64,000 nucleotides of DNA, taken from contig CBDDFZ010000001.1 of assembly GCA_965227515.1 (NCBI GenBank), forward strand, positions 3,904,001 to 3,968,000, in the 5' to 3' direction. Both the position numbers and the translations under genes were made by a program. Of the stretch, positions 9,771-19,064 are shown piece after piece (positions within the stretch are counted from its first letter, which is position 1; each line of letters opens with the position of its first letter). The notes beneath the pieces were generated by a model. The model made no database searches and was not told the origin of the DNA. It saw nothing but the letters and a program-made list of their open reading frames with translations. The stretch comes from Alphaproteobacteria bacterium (GTDB lineage: Bacteria > Pseudomonadota > Alphaproteobacteria > CALKHQ01).

Positions 9771-10982
9771 TCAGTTCGGCAGTCGGAACAGCGGCCTGAT
9801 GCGGGTGCCGAGCAGGTTGCCGAGGAACGCGGAGGCAAGCCACAGCCAGCCGTGCACGCTGCCCGACGACACCCCGCTGAAGAACGCGCCGATGTTGCAG
9901 CCGAAGGCAAGCCGGGCGCCATAGCCCAGCATCAGCCCGCCGATCACCGCCGCCACGATGGAACGCAGCGGGATGCGCCATGTCGGCGCGTACTTGCCGG
10001 CCAGCCCCGCCGCCAGCAGTGCGCCCAGCATGATGCCGAAATTCATCACCGAGGTGGTGTCGTTGAAGACGCTCGCCTCCAGCCGGCCGGTCTGGTTCTG
10101 CCAGTACGACCACGCGGCGACGTCGATACCGGCGGCGTCGAACCACTTGCCGCCCCACAGCGCGAACGCCGAGGTGACACCCCAGGGGCGGCCGGCCAGC
10201 AACAGGGTCGCGAAGTTCAGCACCGCCAGCGCCAGTGCGCCGGCCAGCAGCGGCCATGGCCCGCGCAGCATGCGCCGCCACAACGGGCCTTCGCCGAAGG
10301 TCGAGGTGATGGAGGCAAGCTTGCCGTGGCGACGCCGCTCGATCCAGACCGCCAGCGCCGCGATGGCAGCGAACAACGCCAGGTTTAGCACCAGGGCGGG
10401 CAGCCAGCCGAACTCGCGCACCATCGAGATCCGCCCCAGCGACGGCAGGTCGTACCACCAGTTTAGGTGATGGGTCGCCAGAACCGAGCCGATGACGAAG
10501 AACACCAGCGTGATCACCATGCGGCTGTTGCCGCCGCCAACGGTGAACAGCGTGCCCGAGGCGCAGGCCCCGCCGAGTTGCATGCCGATGCCGAAGATGA
10601 AGGCGCCGACCAGCACCGCGGTGCCCACCGGATTGACGAAACCGAACACGCGCTGGCCGAATATCTCGCCGGCCGACAGCACCGGGAAGAACAGCAGCAC
10701 CGCCAGCGCCAGCATGGCCATTTGCGCGCGCAGGCCGGCGCCCTTGCCGTTCAGGATCAGGTTGCGCCACGATCCCGTAAACCCGAAGCTGGCGTGATAG
10801 AGGGTCAGCCCGAGCAGCGCGCCAACGATGTAGAGCGCGCCGCGCCGCCAACCGTATTCGCTGCCCAGGTAGAATGCGCCGACGGCCAGCAGCGTCGCCG
10901 CCAGCCCGATGGCGAACGGGTTGCGGTTCTGCTGCCAGAAGCTTGGCAGGGCCTGCGGGGCATCGGCGGTGCTGATCGACAT
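9771..10982 (-). CDS. YeeE/YedE family sulfur-compound (thiosulfate) transporter
   Basis: Polytopic membrane protein with GMQLGGACASGTL and GARLAFGCNIG motifs. Confidence 0.85.
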   Translation of the reverse strand: MSISTADAPQALPSFWQQNRNPFAIGLAATLLAVGAFYLGSEYGWRRGALYIVGALLGLTLYHASFGFTGSWRNLILNGKGAGLRAQMAMLALAVLLFFPVLSAGEIFGQRVFGFVNPVGTAVLVGAFIFGIGMQLGGACASGTLFTVGGGNSRMVITLVFFVIGSVLATHHLNWWYDLPSLGRISMVREFGWLPALVLNLALFAAIAALAVWIERRRHGKLASITSTFGEGPLWRRMLRGPWPLLAGALALAVLNFATLLLAGRPWGVTSAFALWGGKWFDAAGIDVAAWSYWQNQTGRLEASVFNDTTSVMNFGIMLGALLAAGLAGKYAPTWRIPLRSIVAAVIGGLMLGYGARLAFGCNIGAFFSGVSSGSVHGWLWLASAFLGNLLGTRIRPLFRLPN

Positions 10983-11312
10983 CGGAACCTTGGGCGTCGG
11001 TGTGGCGTTGCTTATTGCGCCAGATGCAGCGGCATCGGCACTGACAACGTCTCAATAGTGCGTGACGGGCGCGCCGGCCAGTGCTCGCCCAGCAAATCCT
11101 TCACGCAGGATTGAGCATTGCTGTTTCGCACCCGCCGAACCGCGGGTCTATTCGTTTGCCGCTTACGCTGAGTCGGCGCCAGCCCGCACCCCCACCCAAC
11201 CGCCCCATTGTCACAATCACCGGGCGGATGGGTGGGGGCGTGGGCTGGCGCAGATCAAACCAAGAGCGGCCTAGCGTGGCGGCCACAAACAAACTGCCGG
11301 AGAGGGATCGTG

Positions 11313-11801
11313 ATGTTGAAGAGAATTGCGCTGGCGGCATGCCTGCTCGCCGCCCCCCAGTTCGCCGCCCTGCCGTCCGCGGTCGCGATGGAGCCGCACA
11401 ACTTCCCCTATGATGGCGTCGTCATCCTGCAGTCGGGCCACAACTTCGGCACTATGTACGACCGCATGGTGCAGTCGATCCAGGACCACGAGATGCTGGT
11501 GCTGGCCAGGCCCAGCGCCAGCCGGGGCGCCGCCGGTCGCGGCATCGAAATCCCCGGCAATGCGGTGTTCGAGACCTATCGCAACGACTTCGCGGTGCGC
11601 ATGCTGGAGGCGAGCATCCCGGCGGGCATCGAGGCGCCGCTGCGCTATTACCTGACCGAGAACGAGGACGGCACCACGACGCTGATCTACCGCGCGCCGT
11701 CGGCCGTGTTTGCGCCGTATGACAGCGACGCGCTGGACGAGATGGCCGCCGAACTGGACGACATCCTGGGATCCATCGCCGCCCAGGCGGTCGGGGAGTA
11801 G
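11313..11801 (+). CDS. Secreted DUF302-domain protein
   Basis: Signal peptide MLKRIALAACLLA; AGIEAPLRYYL and ELDDIL resemble DUF302; GGAGAGG RBS upstream. Confidence 0.7.
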   Translation: MLKRIALAACLLAAPQFAALPSAVAMEPHNFPYDGVVILQSGHNFGTMYDRMVQSIQDHEMLVLARPSASRGAAGRGIEIPGNAVFETYRNDFAVRMLEASIPAGIEAPLRYYLTENEDGTTTLIYRAPSAVFAPYDSDALDEMAAELDDILGSIAAQAVGE

Positions 11802-11808
11802 GTACTAA

Positions 11809-12040
11809 GCCCCTCTCCCCGCCGCGCAGCGGTGCGGGAGAGGAAGGGGCCCAGCCGGAGGCTGGGAAGGTGAGGGGCGCGGCGCGATCGGTCGCGATCT
11901 CACTTTCATGGCGGCAAGAGGGTGTTTTCTTGCCTGCAGTGCGGTGAAGTTTCATCCACCGGCGACTTGGCCCTCACCCTCCCAGCCGGCTATGCCGGCC
12001 GGGCCCCTCCCTCTCCCGCGCGTTCCGCTGGGAGAGGGGA
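11809..12040. repeat. Palindromic repeat, family C (CCCTCTCCC...GGGAGAGG / CCCTCACCC type), with long inverted arms
   Basis: Left arm CCCCTCTCCCCGCC...GGGAAGGTGAGGGG mirrors right arm CCCTCACCCTCCC...GGGAGAGGGG; lies between convergent genes. Confidence 0.75.
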
Positions 12041-13366
12041 ATTAGCAACCGCATCGAACGTGGGCAGGGTGCCCGGAGGCGGCGGCGATTTCGGCGGCTT
12101 GGCACCCTGCTTCTTCCAGGGCGACGCCTTGATGAACGCCAGCAGGTAGGCGATGGCGATCAGCATGGCGATCCAGAACGCGTTGACCAGCAGCACGATC
12201 CAGTTGGCGATCTCGTCATGGTCCTCGCCGAACTGGTCGAGCATCACCCCGGCCAGCCGCGAGAACGTCATCGAGCACAGGAAGATCGGCAGCGATTGTT
12301 GGCCGCACTGGGCGATGGGCCGCGCCCAGGCCATCTTCAGCCAGTGGTGCCGCCCGCGCAGCAACAGCACCACGATGTAGGCCAGCGCCAGGAAGTGCAG
12401 GTAGCGCAGGATCCACAGATTGGTCTTCGGGAAGCCAGGCTGCCCGTCCACCGCGCGCGGGTAGAGGTGGTACCAGAACCCCTGGTAGTCGGGGCCCAGC
12501 GGCGCGCCGGTCCACCACACCACCAGCGGCTGCCAGATATCCTCCTCAATGAACGGCCGGATCTGGAGCTTGCGCCACAACAGCGCGCTGACGATCAGGT
12601 ACGCCACGCACAGCACGATCAGCCACACGCGCGGCTTCGGCGCCTTCAGCCAGCCGACCGACAGCGCCAGCCCGGTGAAGAAGATCAACTGCCAGCCGAA
12701 CGGGTTGAAGAACCACGCCCGGTCGACGTCCGGCCGCACCTCGGCGGGGAACTGCAGTTCGGCCGACCAGTCGTTGACGCCGGCCCACCAGTTGTAGGCG
12801 TAGAGCAGCACGCAGGCGCCCAGCGCCAGCCACGGGTGCACCCGCCCCAGCGCCATGAACACCGGGATCATGGTCAGGATCACGATGTACATCGGCAGGA
12901 TGTCGAAATAGTTCGGCACGTAGTTCAGCGTGAACAGGCCGACCAGGGCATCCGCCGTGTGCTCGAAGAAGTAGTAGAGGTTGAGCTGGCCGACATAGTC
13001 GCCTGTCGTGAACCAGCGGGTCGCCACCACCATGAAAAGCGTGATGAAAAAGAACATCAGCAGGTGGGCGACATAGACCTGCCAGGCCCGGAACCCGATG
13101 CGGATCGTGCCCACCACCCAGCCGGCGCGCAGGTAGATGGTGCCGAATGCGATGCCGGCCGCGAAGCCGGACATGAACACGAACATCTCGGTCGCGTCGC
13201 TGAAGCCGAACACTGCCGGAATCCAGCGCTTCGGCCAGTTGTCCGGCACATGCGCGATGAAGATGATGATGAACGCCAACCCACGGAAGAAGTCGATCCG
13301 GGGATCGCGTTCCTTCTTGGCAGGCGCCACCGGGGCAGCGGGGGCGGCGGGCGATGCGGTGCTCAT
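11990..13366 (-). CDS. opgC: OpgC-family periplasmic glucan acyl(succinyl)transferase
   Basis: RDPRIDFFRG, FGFSDATEMFVFMSG, DILPMY, WFFNPFGWQLIF, GQQSL. Confidence 0.85.
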   Translation of the reverse strand: MSTASPAAPAAPVAPAKKERDPRIDFFRGLAFIIIFIAHVPDNWPKRWIPAVFGFSDATEMFVFMSGFAAGIAFGTIYLRAGWVVGTIRIGFRAWQVYVAHLLMFFFITLFMVVATRWFTTGDYVGQLNLYYFFEHTADALVGLFTLNYVPNYFDILPMYIVILTMIPVFMALGRVHPWLALGACVLLYAYNWWAGVNDWSAELQFPAEVRPDVDRAWFFNPFGWQLIFFTGLALSVGWLKAPKPRVWLIVLCVAYLIVSALLWRKLQIRPFIEEDIWQPLVVWWTGAPLGPDYQGFWYHLYPRAVDGQPGFPKTNLWILRYLHFLALAYIVVLLLRGRHHWLKMAWARPIAQCGQQSLPIFLCSMTFSRLAGVMLDQFGEDHDEIANWIVLLVNAFWIAMLIAIAYLLAFIKASPWKKQGAKPPKSPPPPGTLPTFDAVANSPLPAERAGEGGARPA

Positions 13367-13423
13367 TCAGCGTGATGTATCGCTATGGCGCTACGCGCCA
13401 ACACCATTTCCGCGCGCACCACA

Positions 13424-15061
13424 TCAAAACGCACCGTCATAGGCGCGGCGGCCGATCCGGCAGGCAATCACCGTGAAGCTATCGCGTTGCATTGCGGTCC
13501 TTATCTCGTCGGCCAGCGCACCGGCGTCGTTGACCGTCGCGCCCACGCCACCCATGGCGTTGGCCACCGCCTCGAAATCGGTGGCGTTGAAGTCGACGGC
13601 CACGTTCGGCAACTGGGCGCGGCGCTGCTTCAGTTCTATGAGGCCGAGTTGATCGTCGACCAACACAATGACGATCACAGGCGCGTCAAGCTCGCGCGCG
13701 GTCGCCAGCTCGCCCAGTACCATCTCCAGGCCGGCGTCGCCGACGAAGGCGGCCACCGGCCGTCCGGGCGCCGCCAGCCTCGCGCCGATGGCCAGCGGCA
13801 CCGCGCAGCCCATGGTGCAGAGGCCCGTCGACTGCAACAGGCCGCGCGGCGCGTGGCAGGTCCACATCTGGCTGAGCAGGATGCGATGCGCGCCGCTGTC
13901 GGCGGTGACCACGGCATCGGCCGGCAGCACCTCGCGCGCGGTGCGGAACACCGCATGCGCGCCCCATTCCGTCGGCGGCGCGAATGCCTCGGCCAGCGCC
14001 TGACGGACCTTGGCCGGCGCACCGTCCGCCCAGACCGGGCGCGGCGTGACGCCGTCGGTCAATGCCTTCAGTCCCGCGCCGGTGTGGCAGACGAAGCTCA
14101 TCGTCGGCTGGTGCATGTAGTGCGTATTCGCCTCGGCCACCAGGTCGATCATTGGCACGCTCTCGGGCCAGGGCCGCCGCCAGCCGGCGCGCATCTCGAT
14201 CGGGTCGTAGCCGACCGCCAGCACCAGATCCGCCTCGGCGAACAGCGGCAGCAACAGGGCATCTGCCTTGGGGGAAAGCCCGGCGCCGCCGAGCACGTTG
14301 TCCCGCGCCTCGTCGACGATGCCCTTGGCCTTGTAGGTGGTGACCACCGGCCAGCCGAACCGGTCGTTGAATGCCGCGACCTCCGCCTCCGCGCCATCGT
14401 TCAGCGCGTCAACGCCGACCAGCAGGATCGGGCGCTCGGCGCCGGCCACCAGCTCGCGCGCGGCTTCCAGGTCCGGCCCGGCGGGCGCGGTGCGCGGCCG
14501 GGCGCGCTTGCCCGCCACCGGTCCATTGGCCACCGCCTTCGCATCGGCGACGCCAATCGGCAGGTCGACATGGACCGGGCCCGGCCGTCCGCTGGTCGCG
14601 ATGGACAGCGCCTTGTCGATGATGACGTCGGCCGCACCGTCGGCCACGGTCAGCGACGCCTTGGTCACCGCGCCCAGCAGGCGGGTGTGGTCGAAGACCT
14701 GGTGGGTGTAGGTTGCGGCCTCGGCCGGGTCGACGCAGCCGGTCAGGAAAATCATCGGCACCCGGTCCTGCCAGGCATTGGCCACGACATTGACCGCGTT
14801 GGCCACGCCGGGCCCGATGGTCGCCACCAGAACCGCCGGCGCGCCGGTCATGTGGTGCGTGCCCTCGGCCATGAAGCCGCCGGCGTTCTCGTGCTTGCAC
14901 AGCAGCACCTTGATGCCGGCCGCCCGCAGCGCCTCGCACAGGGTCAGCACCTCACCGCCGGGAATACCGAACGCGAAGCGGCAGCCCTGTTCGGCCAGCC
15001 GTCGGGCAATGATGTCGGCATTGTTGGCCGTGGTGGCGGCCCGGTCGTTCTGCTCGGTCAA
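13424..15061 (-). CDS. Thiamine-pyrophosphate-dependent enzyme (acetolactate-synthase-like)
   Basis: FGIPGGE, HENAG, GPG, GRPGPVHVDLP, GDAG motif; probable TTG start at 15061 after GGAGA. Confidence 0.8.
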   Translation of the reverse strand: MTEQNDRAATTANNADIIARRLAEQGCRFAFGIPGGEVLTLCEALRAAGIKVLLCKHENAGGFMAEGTHHMTGAPAVLVATIGPGVANAVNVVANAWQDRVPMIFLTGCVDPAEAATYTHQVFDHTRLLGAVTKASLTVADGAADVIIDKALSIATSGRPGPVHVDLPIGVADAKAVANGPVAGKRARPRTAPAGPDLEAARELVAGAERPILLVGVDALNDGAEAEVAAFNDRFGWPVVTTYKAKGIVDEARDNVLGGAGLSPKADALLLPLFAEADLVLAVGYDPIEMRAGWRRPWPESVPMIDLVAEANTHYMHQPTMSFVCHTGAGLKALTDGVTPRPVWADGAPAKVRQALAEAFAPPTEWGAHAVFRTAREVLPADAVVTADSGAHRILLSQMWTCHAPRGLLQSTGLCTMGCAVPLAIGARLAAPGRPVAAFVGDAGLEMVLGELATARELDAPVIVIVLVDDQLGLIELKQRRAQLPNVAVDFNATDFEAVANAMGGVGATVNDAGALADEIRTAMQRDSFTVIACRIGRRAYDGAF

Positions 15062-15183
15062 GGCGATCTCCGTGTCGATCCGCCGACCACTATGAGCAGG
15101 CCCAGGCCTTGTCAATCCGCCGCGCTGTCGCGCGTGACCAATCATGTTGACGATTACACCGCAGGGCCACTATCGATTTCCCG

Positions 15184-16515
15184 ATGACGGTGGCAGACGA
15201 CAAGACGGTCGCGATCCGCGGGCAGGTGCTGTGGTTCCGCGACGACCCGGCGGTGGCGGGCCGCGACGCCGCGGTGTTCCACGAGGACGGCATCGTCGCG
15301 ATGCGGGACGGGACGATCACTGCATCCGGCGACGCCGGCGAGGTTCGGGCCACATTGGGACCCGACGTCCCGGTGGTGCACTACCCGGACGCGCTGATCG
15401 TGCCCGGTTTCATCGACACCCACATCCACTATCCGCAGGGCGCCATTATCGCCTCCTACGGCGCGCAGCTCCTGGATTGGCTGAACACCTACACCTTCCC
15501 CGAGGAGGCACGGTTCGGCGATGAAGCCTACGCCGCCGCCGCCGCGCGCTTCTTCTGCGACGAGCTGGCGCGCAGCGGCACCACCACGGCCGCGACCTAC
15601 TGCACCGTGCACCCGTCTTCCGTCGATGCCCTGTTCGCCGAGGCGGAAATGCGCGGCATGCGGATGATCGCCGGCAAGGTGATGATGGACCGCAACGCGC
15701 CGCCCGAACTCTGCGACACGGCCGAGGCCAGCTATACCGACAGCAAGGCGCTGATCGCGCGCTGGCATGGGCGCGGGCGGCTGGCCTATGCGGTGACGCC
15801 GCGTTTTGCGATTACCTCCACCCCGGCCCAACTCGACGCCGCCGGCACCCTGATGCGTGAACATGATGGCGTCTATCTGCAGACCCATCTGTCGGAGAAC
15901 GCGGACGAGATCGCCACGGTGCGACAGCTGTTTCCCGACGCGGCCTCCTACGCCGATGTCTATCGCCGCCACGGGCTGATCGGCCCGCGATCGCTGTTCG
16001 GACACTGCGTCCATGTGGACGACGGGGAATGCGCCATGCTGTCGGACGCGGGCGGCGTGGCCGCGCTGTGCCCGACCTCCAACCTGTTCATCGGCTCGGG
16101 CCTGTTCGACATGGCGCATCTGCGCGACCCCGCGCGGCCGGTGCGCACGGCGCTCGCCACCGATGTCGGCGGCGGCACCAGCTTCTCGATGCTGACCACG
16201 CTGTCGGAGGCGTACAAGGTGATGCAGCTTCGCGGCCAGTCGCTGCCGGCGCTGGAGGGCTTCCACATGATCACGCGAGGCAATGCGGCGGCGCTGTCTC
16301 TGGAAGGCACAATCGGCACCCTGGCCGAGGGCGCGGAAGCCGATGCGGTGGTGCTGGACCTGGCCGCGACCCCGTTGCTGCGCCATCGCATCGACGCCGC
16401 CGACGGCGACCTCGACGACATCCTGTTCGCGCTGATGATGCTGGGCGACGACCGCACGGTCCGCGCCACCTATATCGCCGGCCGACTGGCGCACGATCGG
16501 GATGTCACGGGCTAA
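15184..16515 (+). CDS. guaD: Guanine deaminase
   Basis: PGFIDTHIHYPQ, LLDWLNTYTFPEE, TPRFA, QTHLSEN, TDVGGGTS. Confidence 0.93.
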   Translation: MTVADDKTVAIRGQVLWFRDDPAVAGRDAAVFHEDGIVAMRDGTITASGDAGEVRATLGPDVPVVHYPDALIVPGFIDTHIHYPQGAIIASYGAQLLDWLNTYTFPEEARFGDEAYAAAAARFFCDELARSGTTTAATYCTVHPSSVDALFAEAEMRGMRMIAGKVMMDRNAPPELCDTAEASYTDSKALIARWHGRGRLAYAVTPRFAITSTPAQLDAAGTLMREHDGVYLQTHLSENADEIATVRQLFPDAASYADVYRRHGLIGPRSLFGHCVHVDDGECAMLSDAGGVAALCPTSNLFIGSGLFDMAHLRDPARPVRTALATDVGGGTSFSMLTTLSEAYKVMQLRGQSLPALEGFHMITRGNAAALSLEGTIGTLAEGAEADAVVLDLAATPLLRHRIDAADGDLDDILFALMMLGDDRTVRATYIAGRLAHDRDVTG

Positions 16516-16523
16516 TTGATGTC

Positions 16524-16607
16524 GTCATGCCCGCACTTGTTGCGGGCATCCACGTCTTTCAGCAGCGGTGGCAAGTCGTGGATGCGCGGATCAAGTCCGC
16601 GCATGAC
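16524..16607. repeat. REP-like family A doublet between convergent guaD and puuD
   Basis: GTCATGCCCGCACTTGTTGCGGGCATCCAC ... GTGGATGCGCGGATCAAGTCCGCGCATGAC. Confidence 0.85.
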
Positions 16608-16622
16608 GCACTTGTTGGATAC

Positions 16623-17795
16623 CTACTCCACCCCGGCGGCCCATTGCACCAGCATGGCGCGTTCTTCCGGCGTCAGCTCGGTCAGATTGCCCGGCGGCAT
16701 GACGTTGGAGATGACCTGGGCGTGGATGCGTTCGGCGTTGGCGACAATGTCCTCGGGCGTGTCGAACACGACCCCGGCCGGCGGGGCGGCGAACGCGGGG
16801 TTGGCCGGCTGCGCGGCATGACACTCGGCGCAGCGCAGCGACACGATGGAGCGCACGTCCTCCATGGTTACCTCGCCGACCTCGATATCGCTGCCGCGCG
16901 GAATGGCGGAGATCAGGAAGATGATCACCACGCCCGCGGCCGCCGCCACCCACGTCCACATCAGCGACTTGCCGGTGCCGTGCTTGACGTTGAAATAGTG
17001 GCGGATCAGCCCGCCGACGACCCCGATGCCGATCAGGATCAGCCAGTTCAGGTGATGGCCGTAGATCACCGAGTAATGGTTTGACACCATTATGAAAACG
17101 ACCGGCAGCGTGAGGTAGTTGTTGTGCAGCGAGCGCTGCTTGGCGACCTTGCCCAGGTTCGGGTCCGGGTTCTCGCCCGCCACCAGCGCCTTCACCACCT
17201 TGCGCTGGTTCGGGATGATGATCATGAACACGTTGGCGGCCATGATGGTGCCGATCAGCGCGCCGACGTGGATGAACGCGCCCCGCCCGCCGAACACCTG
17301 GGTGTAGCCGAAGGCCACCAGCGCCAGCAGCACGAAGCCGATGGCGGACAGCGCGTCGAGCTGGTCCGGCATGCCGCGGCATATCAGGTCGTAGATGATC
17401 CAGCCGAACACCAGCGAGCCGACGCCGATGACGATGGCCGTCATCTGGCTGAGGTCGGCAACCGACGGGTCGATCAGATAGACGTCGGCGCTCATGTAGT
17501 AGAGCAGCACCAGGAGGGCGAAGCCCGACAGCCAGGTGGTGTAAGCCTCCCACTTGAACCAGTGCAGCACCTTCGGCATCCGCTCCGGCGCCACCATGTA
17601 CTTCTCGACCAGGTAGAAGCCGCCGCCGTGCACCAGCCAGCTCTCGCCCATGATGCCGTCCTTGGTCCACGCCTCCTTGCGCAGGCTGGCATCCAGGAAC
17701 ACGAAGAAGAATGACGAGCCGATCCAGGCGATGCCAGCGATGACGTGCAGCCAGCGCACCAGCGCCTGCACCCAGTCGAAGATCAGGGATTCCAA
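16623..17795 (-). CDS. puuD: Membrane urate hydroxylase with C-terminal cytochrome c
   Basis: RWLHVIAGIAWIGSSFFF, VHGGGFY, HWFKWEAY, RSLHNNYLTLPV, C-terminal CAECH heme motif; probable TTG start. Confidence 0.88.
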   Translation of the reverse strand: MESLIFDWVQALVRWLHVIAGIAWIGSSFFFVFLDASLRKEAWTKDGIMGESWLVHGGGFYLVEKYMVAPERMPKVLHWFKWEAYTTWLSGFALLVLLYYMSADVYLIDPSVADLSQMTAIVIGVGSLVFGWIIYDLICRGMPDQLDALSAIGFVLLALVAFGYTQVFGGRGAFIHVGALIGTIMAANVFMIIIPNQRKVVKALVAGENPDPNLGKVAKQRSLHNNYLTLPVVFIMVSNHYSVIYGHHLNWLILIGIGVVGGLIRHYFNVKHGTGKSLMWTWVAAAAGVVIIFLISAIPRGSDIEVGEVTMEDVRSIVSLRCAECHAAQPANPAFAAPPAGVVFDTPEDIVANAERIHAQVISNVMPPGNLTELTPEERAMLVQWAAGVE

Positions 17796-17823
17796 GGGGT
17801 GCCCCTGGCAAACCGTTGGCGGG

Positions 17824-19008
17824 TCACGCCGAGGCGGACAGGGCGGCGGCGCCCTTTGGATCGAGGCCGCGCCGCTGCGTCGTCCAGGCCTCGACCAGCA
17901 GAGCGCCGGCCCGGTCGATTTCAGCTTCGGTGGTGTAGCGCCCCAGGCTGAGGCGCAGCGCCCCGGCAATTTCGTCGTCGCCGCGGCCCATGGCGGTCAG
18001 CACGTGGGAGGCGCCACGGTGCTCGGTCGCGCAGGCCGACACGGTGGAGGCGGCGATCTCGTCGATGCCGAGCAACAGGTCGACCGCATCGGTTTCCGGC
18101 AGGCTGACGTTCAGGCAGCCGGCGACGCAACTGTCCGGCGGCGTGTTACGCGCGGCCCCCGGAATGCCGGCCTGGAGGTGGCCCCACAGGCGCTCGCGCA
18201 AGGCGGTCATGCGGGCCGCGTCGTCGTCGCGGCGTTCCAGCGCCACCGCGCAGGCCGTCCCCAGCCCCACCGTCAGCCCCACAGGCACGGTCCCAGAGCG
18301 GCGGCCGGCTTGCTGCCCCCCGCCGTGGATGGTCGGGTGCAGCGTGGTGCCGTTGCGAACGTAGAGCGCGCCGATGCCCTGCGGCCCGTAGATCTTGTGG
18401 CCGGAGATGCTCAATAGGTCGATGGGTGCCGCCGATACGTCGATGCGGCGGGTACCCACCGCCTGGGTCGCATCGGTGTGGAACAGCACCCCGCGCGCCC
18501 GGCAAATCTCCGCGATCTCCTCGATCGGCTGGACGATGCCGGTCTCGTTATTGACCGCCATCACCGTCACCAGGGCGGTGTCATCGGCGATGGCATCCGC
18601 CACCGCCGCCGGGTCGACCCTGCCGTCGCGGTCGACCGGCAGCACCGTGGTGCGTGCACCCATTTCGGCCAGCCATTCGACGCAGCTCAGCACCGCCGGG
18701 TGTTCGGTGGCGACCGTGATGACGTGGTCGCCTGCCCGGACCGTGCCGCAGATCGCCAGATTGTTGGCCTCGGTGGCGCCGGCGGTGAACACGATCTCGT
18801 CGGGCAGCCCGCCAATCAACGCCGCCACCTGGCCCTGGGCACGCGCGACCTCCTGCGCCGCGTCCCAGCCCAGATTGTGCATCTGGGCATGCGGGTTGCC
18901 GAAGCGGGTCGCGCCGACGCCCAGCCAAGGCGCCATCGCCTGCGCCACCGCCGGGTCCAGCGGGCACGAAGCCATGTGGTCGAGGTAGATGATGGCGTGG
19001 TCTGTCAT
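17824..19008 (-). CDS. Cysteine desulfurase (IscS/NifS family)
   Basis: IYLDHMA, GATEANN, HTDATQ, SGHKIYGPQG, SAC catalytic cysteine, LRLSLGR. Confidence 0.88.
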   Translation of the reverse strand: MTDHAIIYLDHMASCPLDPAVAQAMAPWLGVGATRFGNPHAQMHNLGWDAAQEVARAQGQVAALIGGLPDEIVFTAGATEANNLAICGTVRAGDHVITVATEHPAVLSCVEWLAEMGARTTVLPVDRDGRVDPAAVADAIADDTALVTVMAVNNETGIVQPIEEIAEICRARGVLFHTDATQAVGTRRIDVSAAPIDLLSISGHKIYGPQGIGALYVRNGTTLHPTIHGGGQQAGRRSGTVPVGLTVGLGTACAVALERRDDDAARMTALRERLWGHLQAGIPGAARNTPPDSCVAGCLNVSLPETDAVDLLLGIDEIAASTVSACATEHRGASHVLTAMGRGDDEIAGALRLSLGRYTTEAEIDRAGALLVEAWTTQRRGLDPKGAAALSASA

Positions 19009-19023
19009 GCTCGAAACCTAACC

Positions 19024-19052
19024 GTCATGCCCGCAACAAGTGCGGGCATGAC
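19024..19052. repeat. Collapsed family A hairpin
   Basis: GTCATGCCCGCAACAAGTGCGGGCATGAC. Confidence 0.75.
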
Positions 19053-19064
19053 GCAACCGAATCG

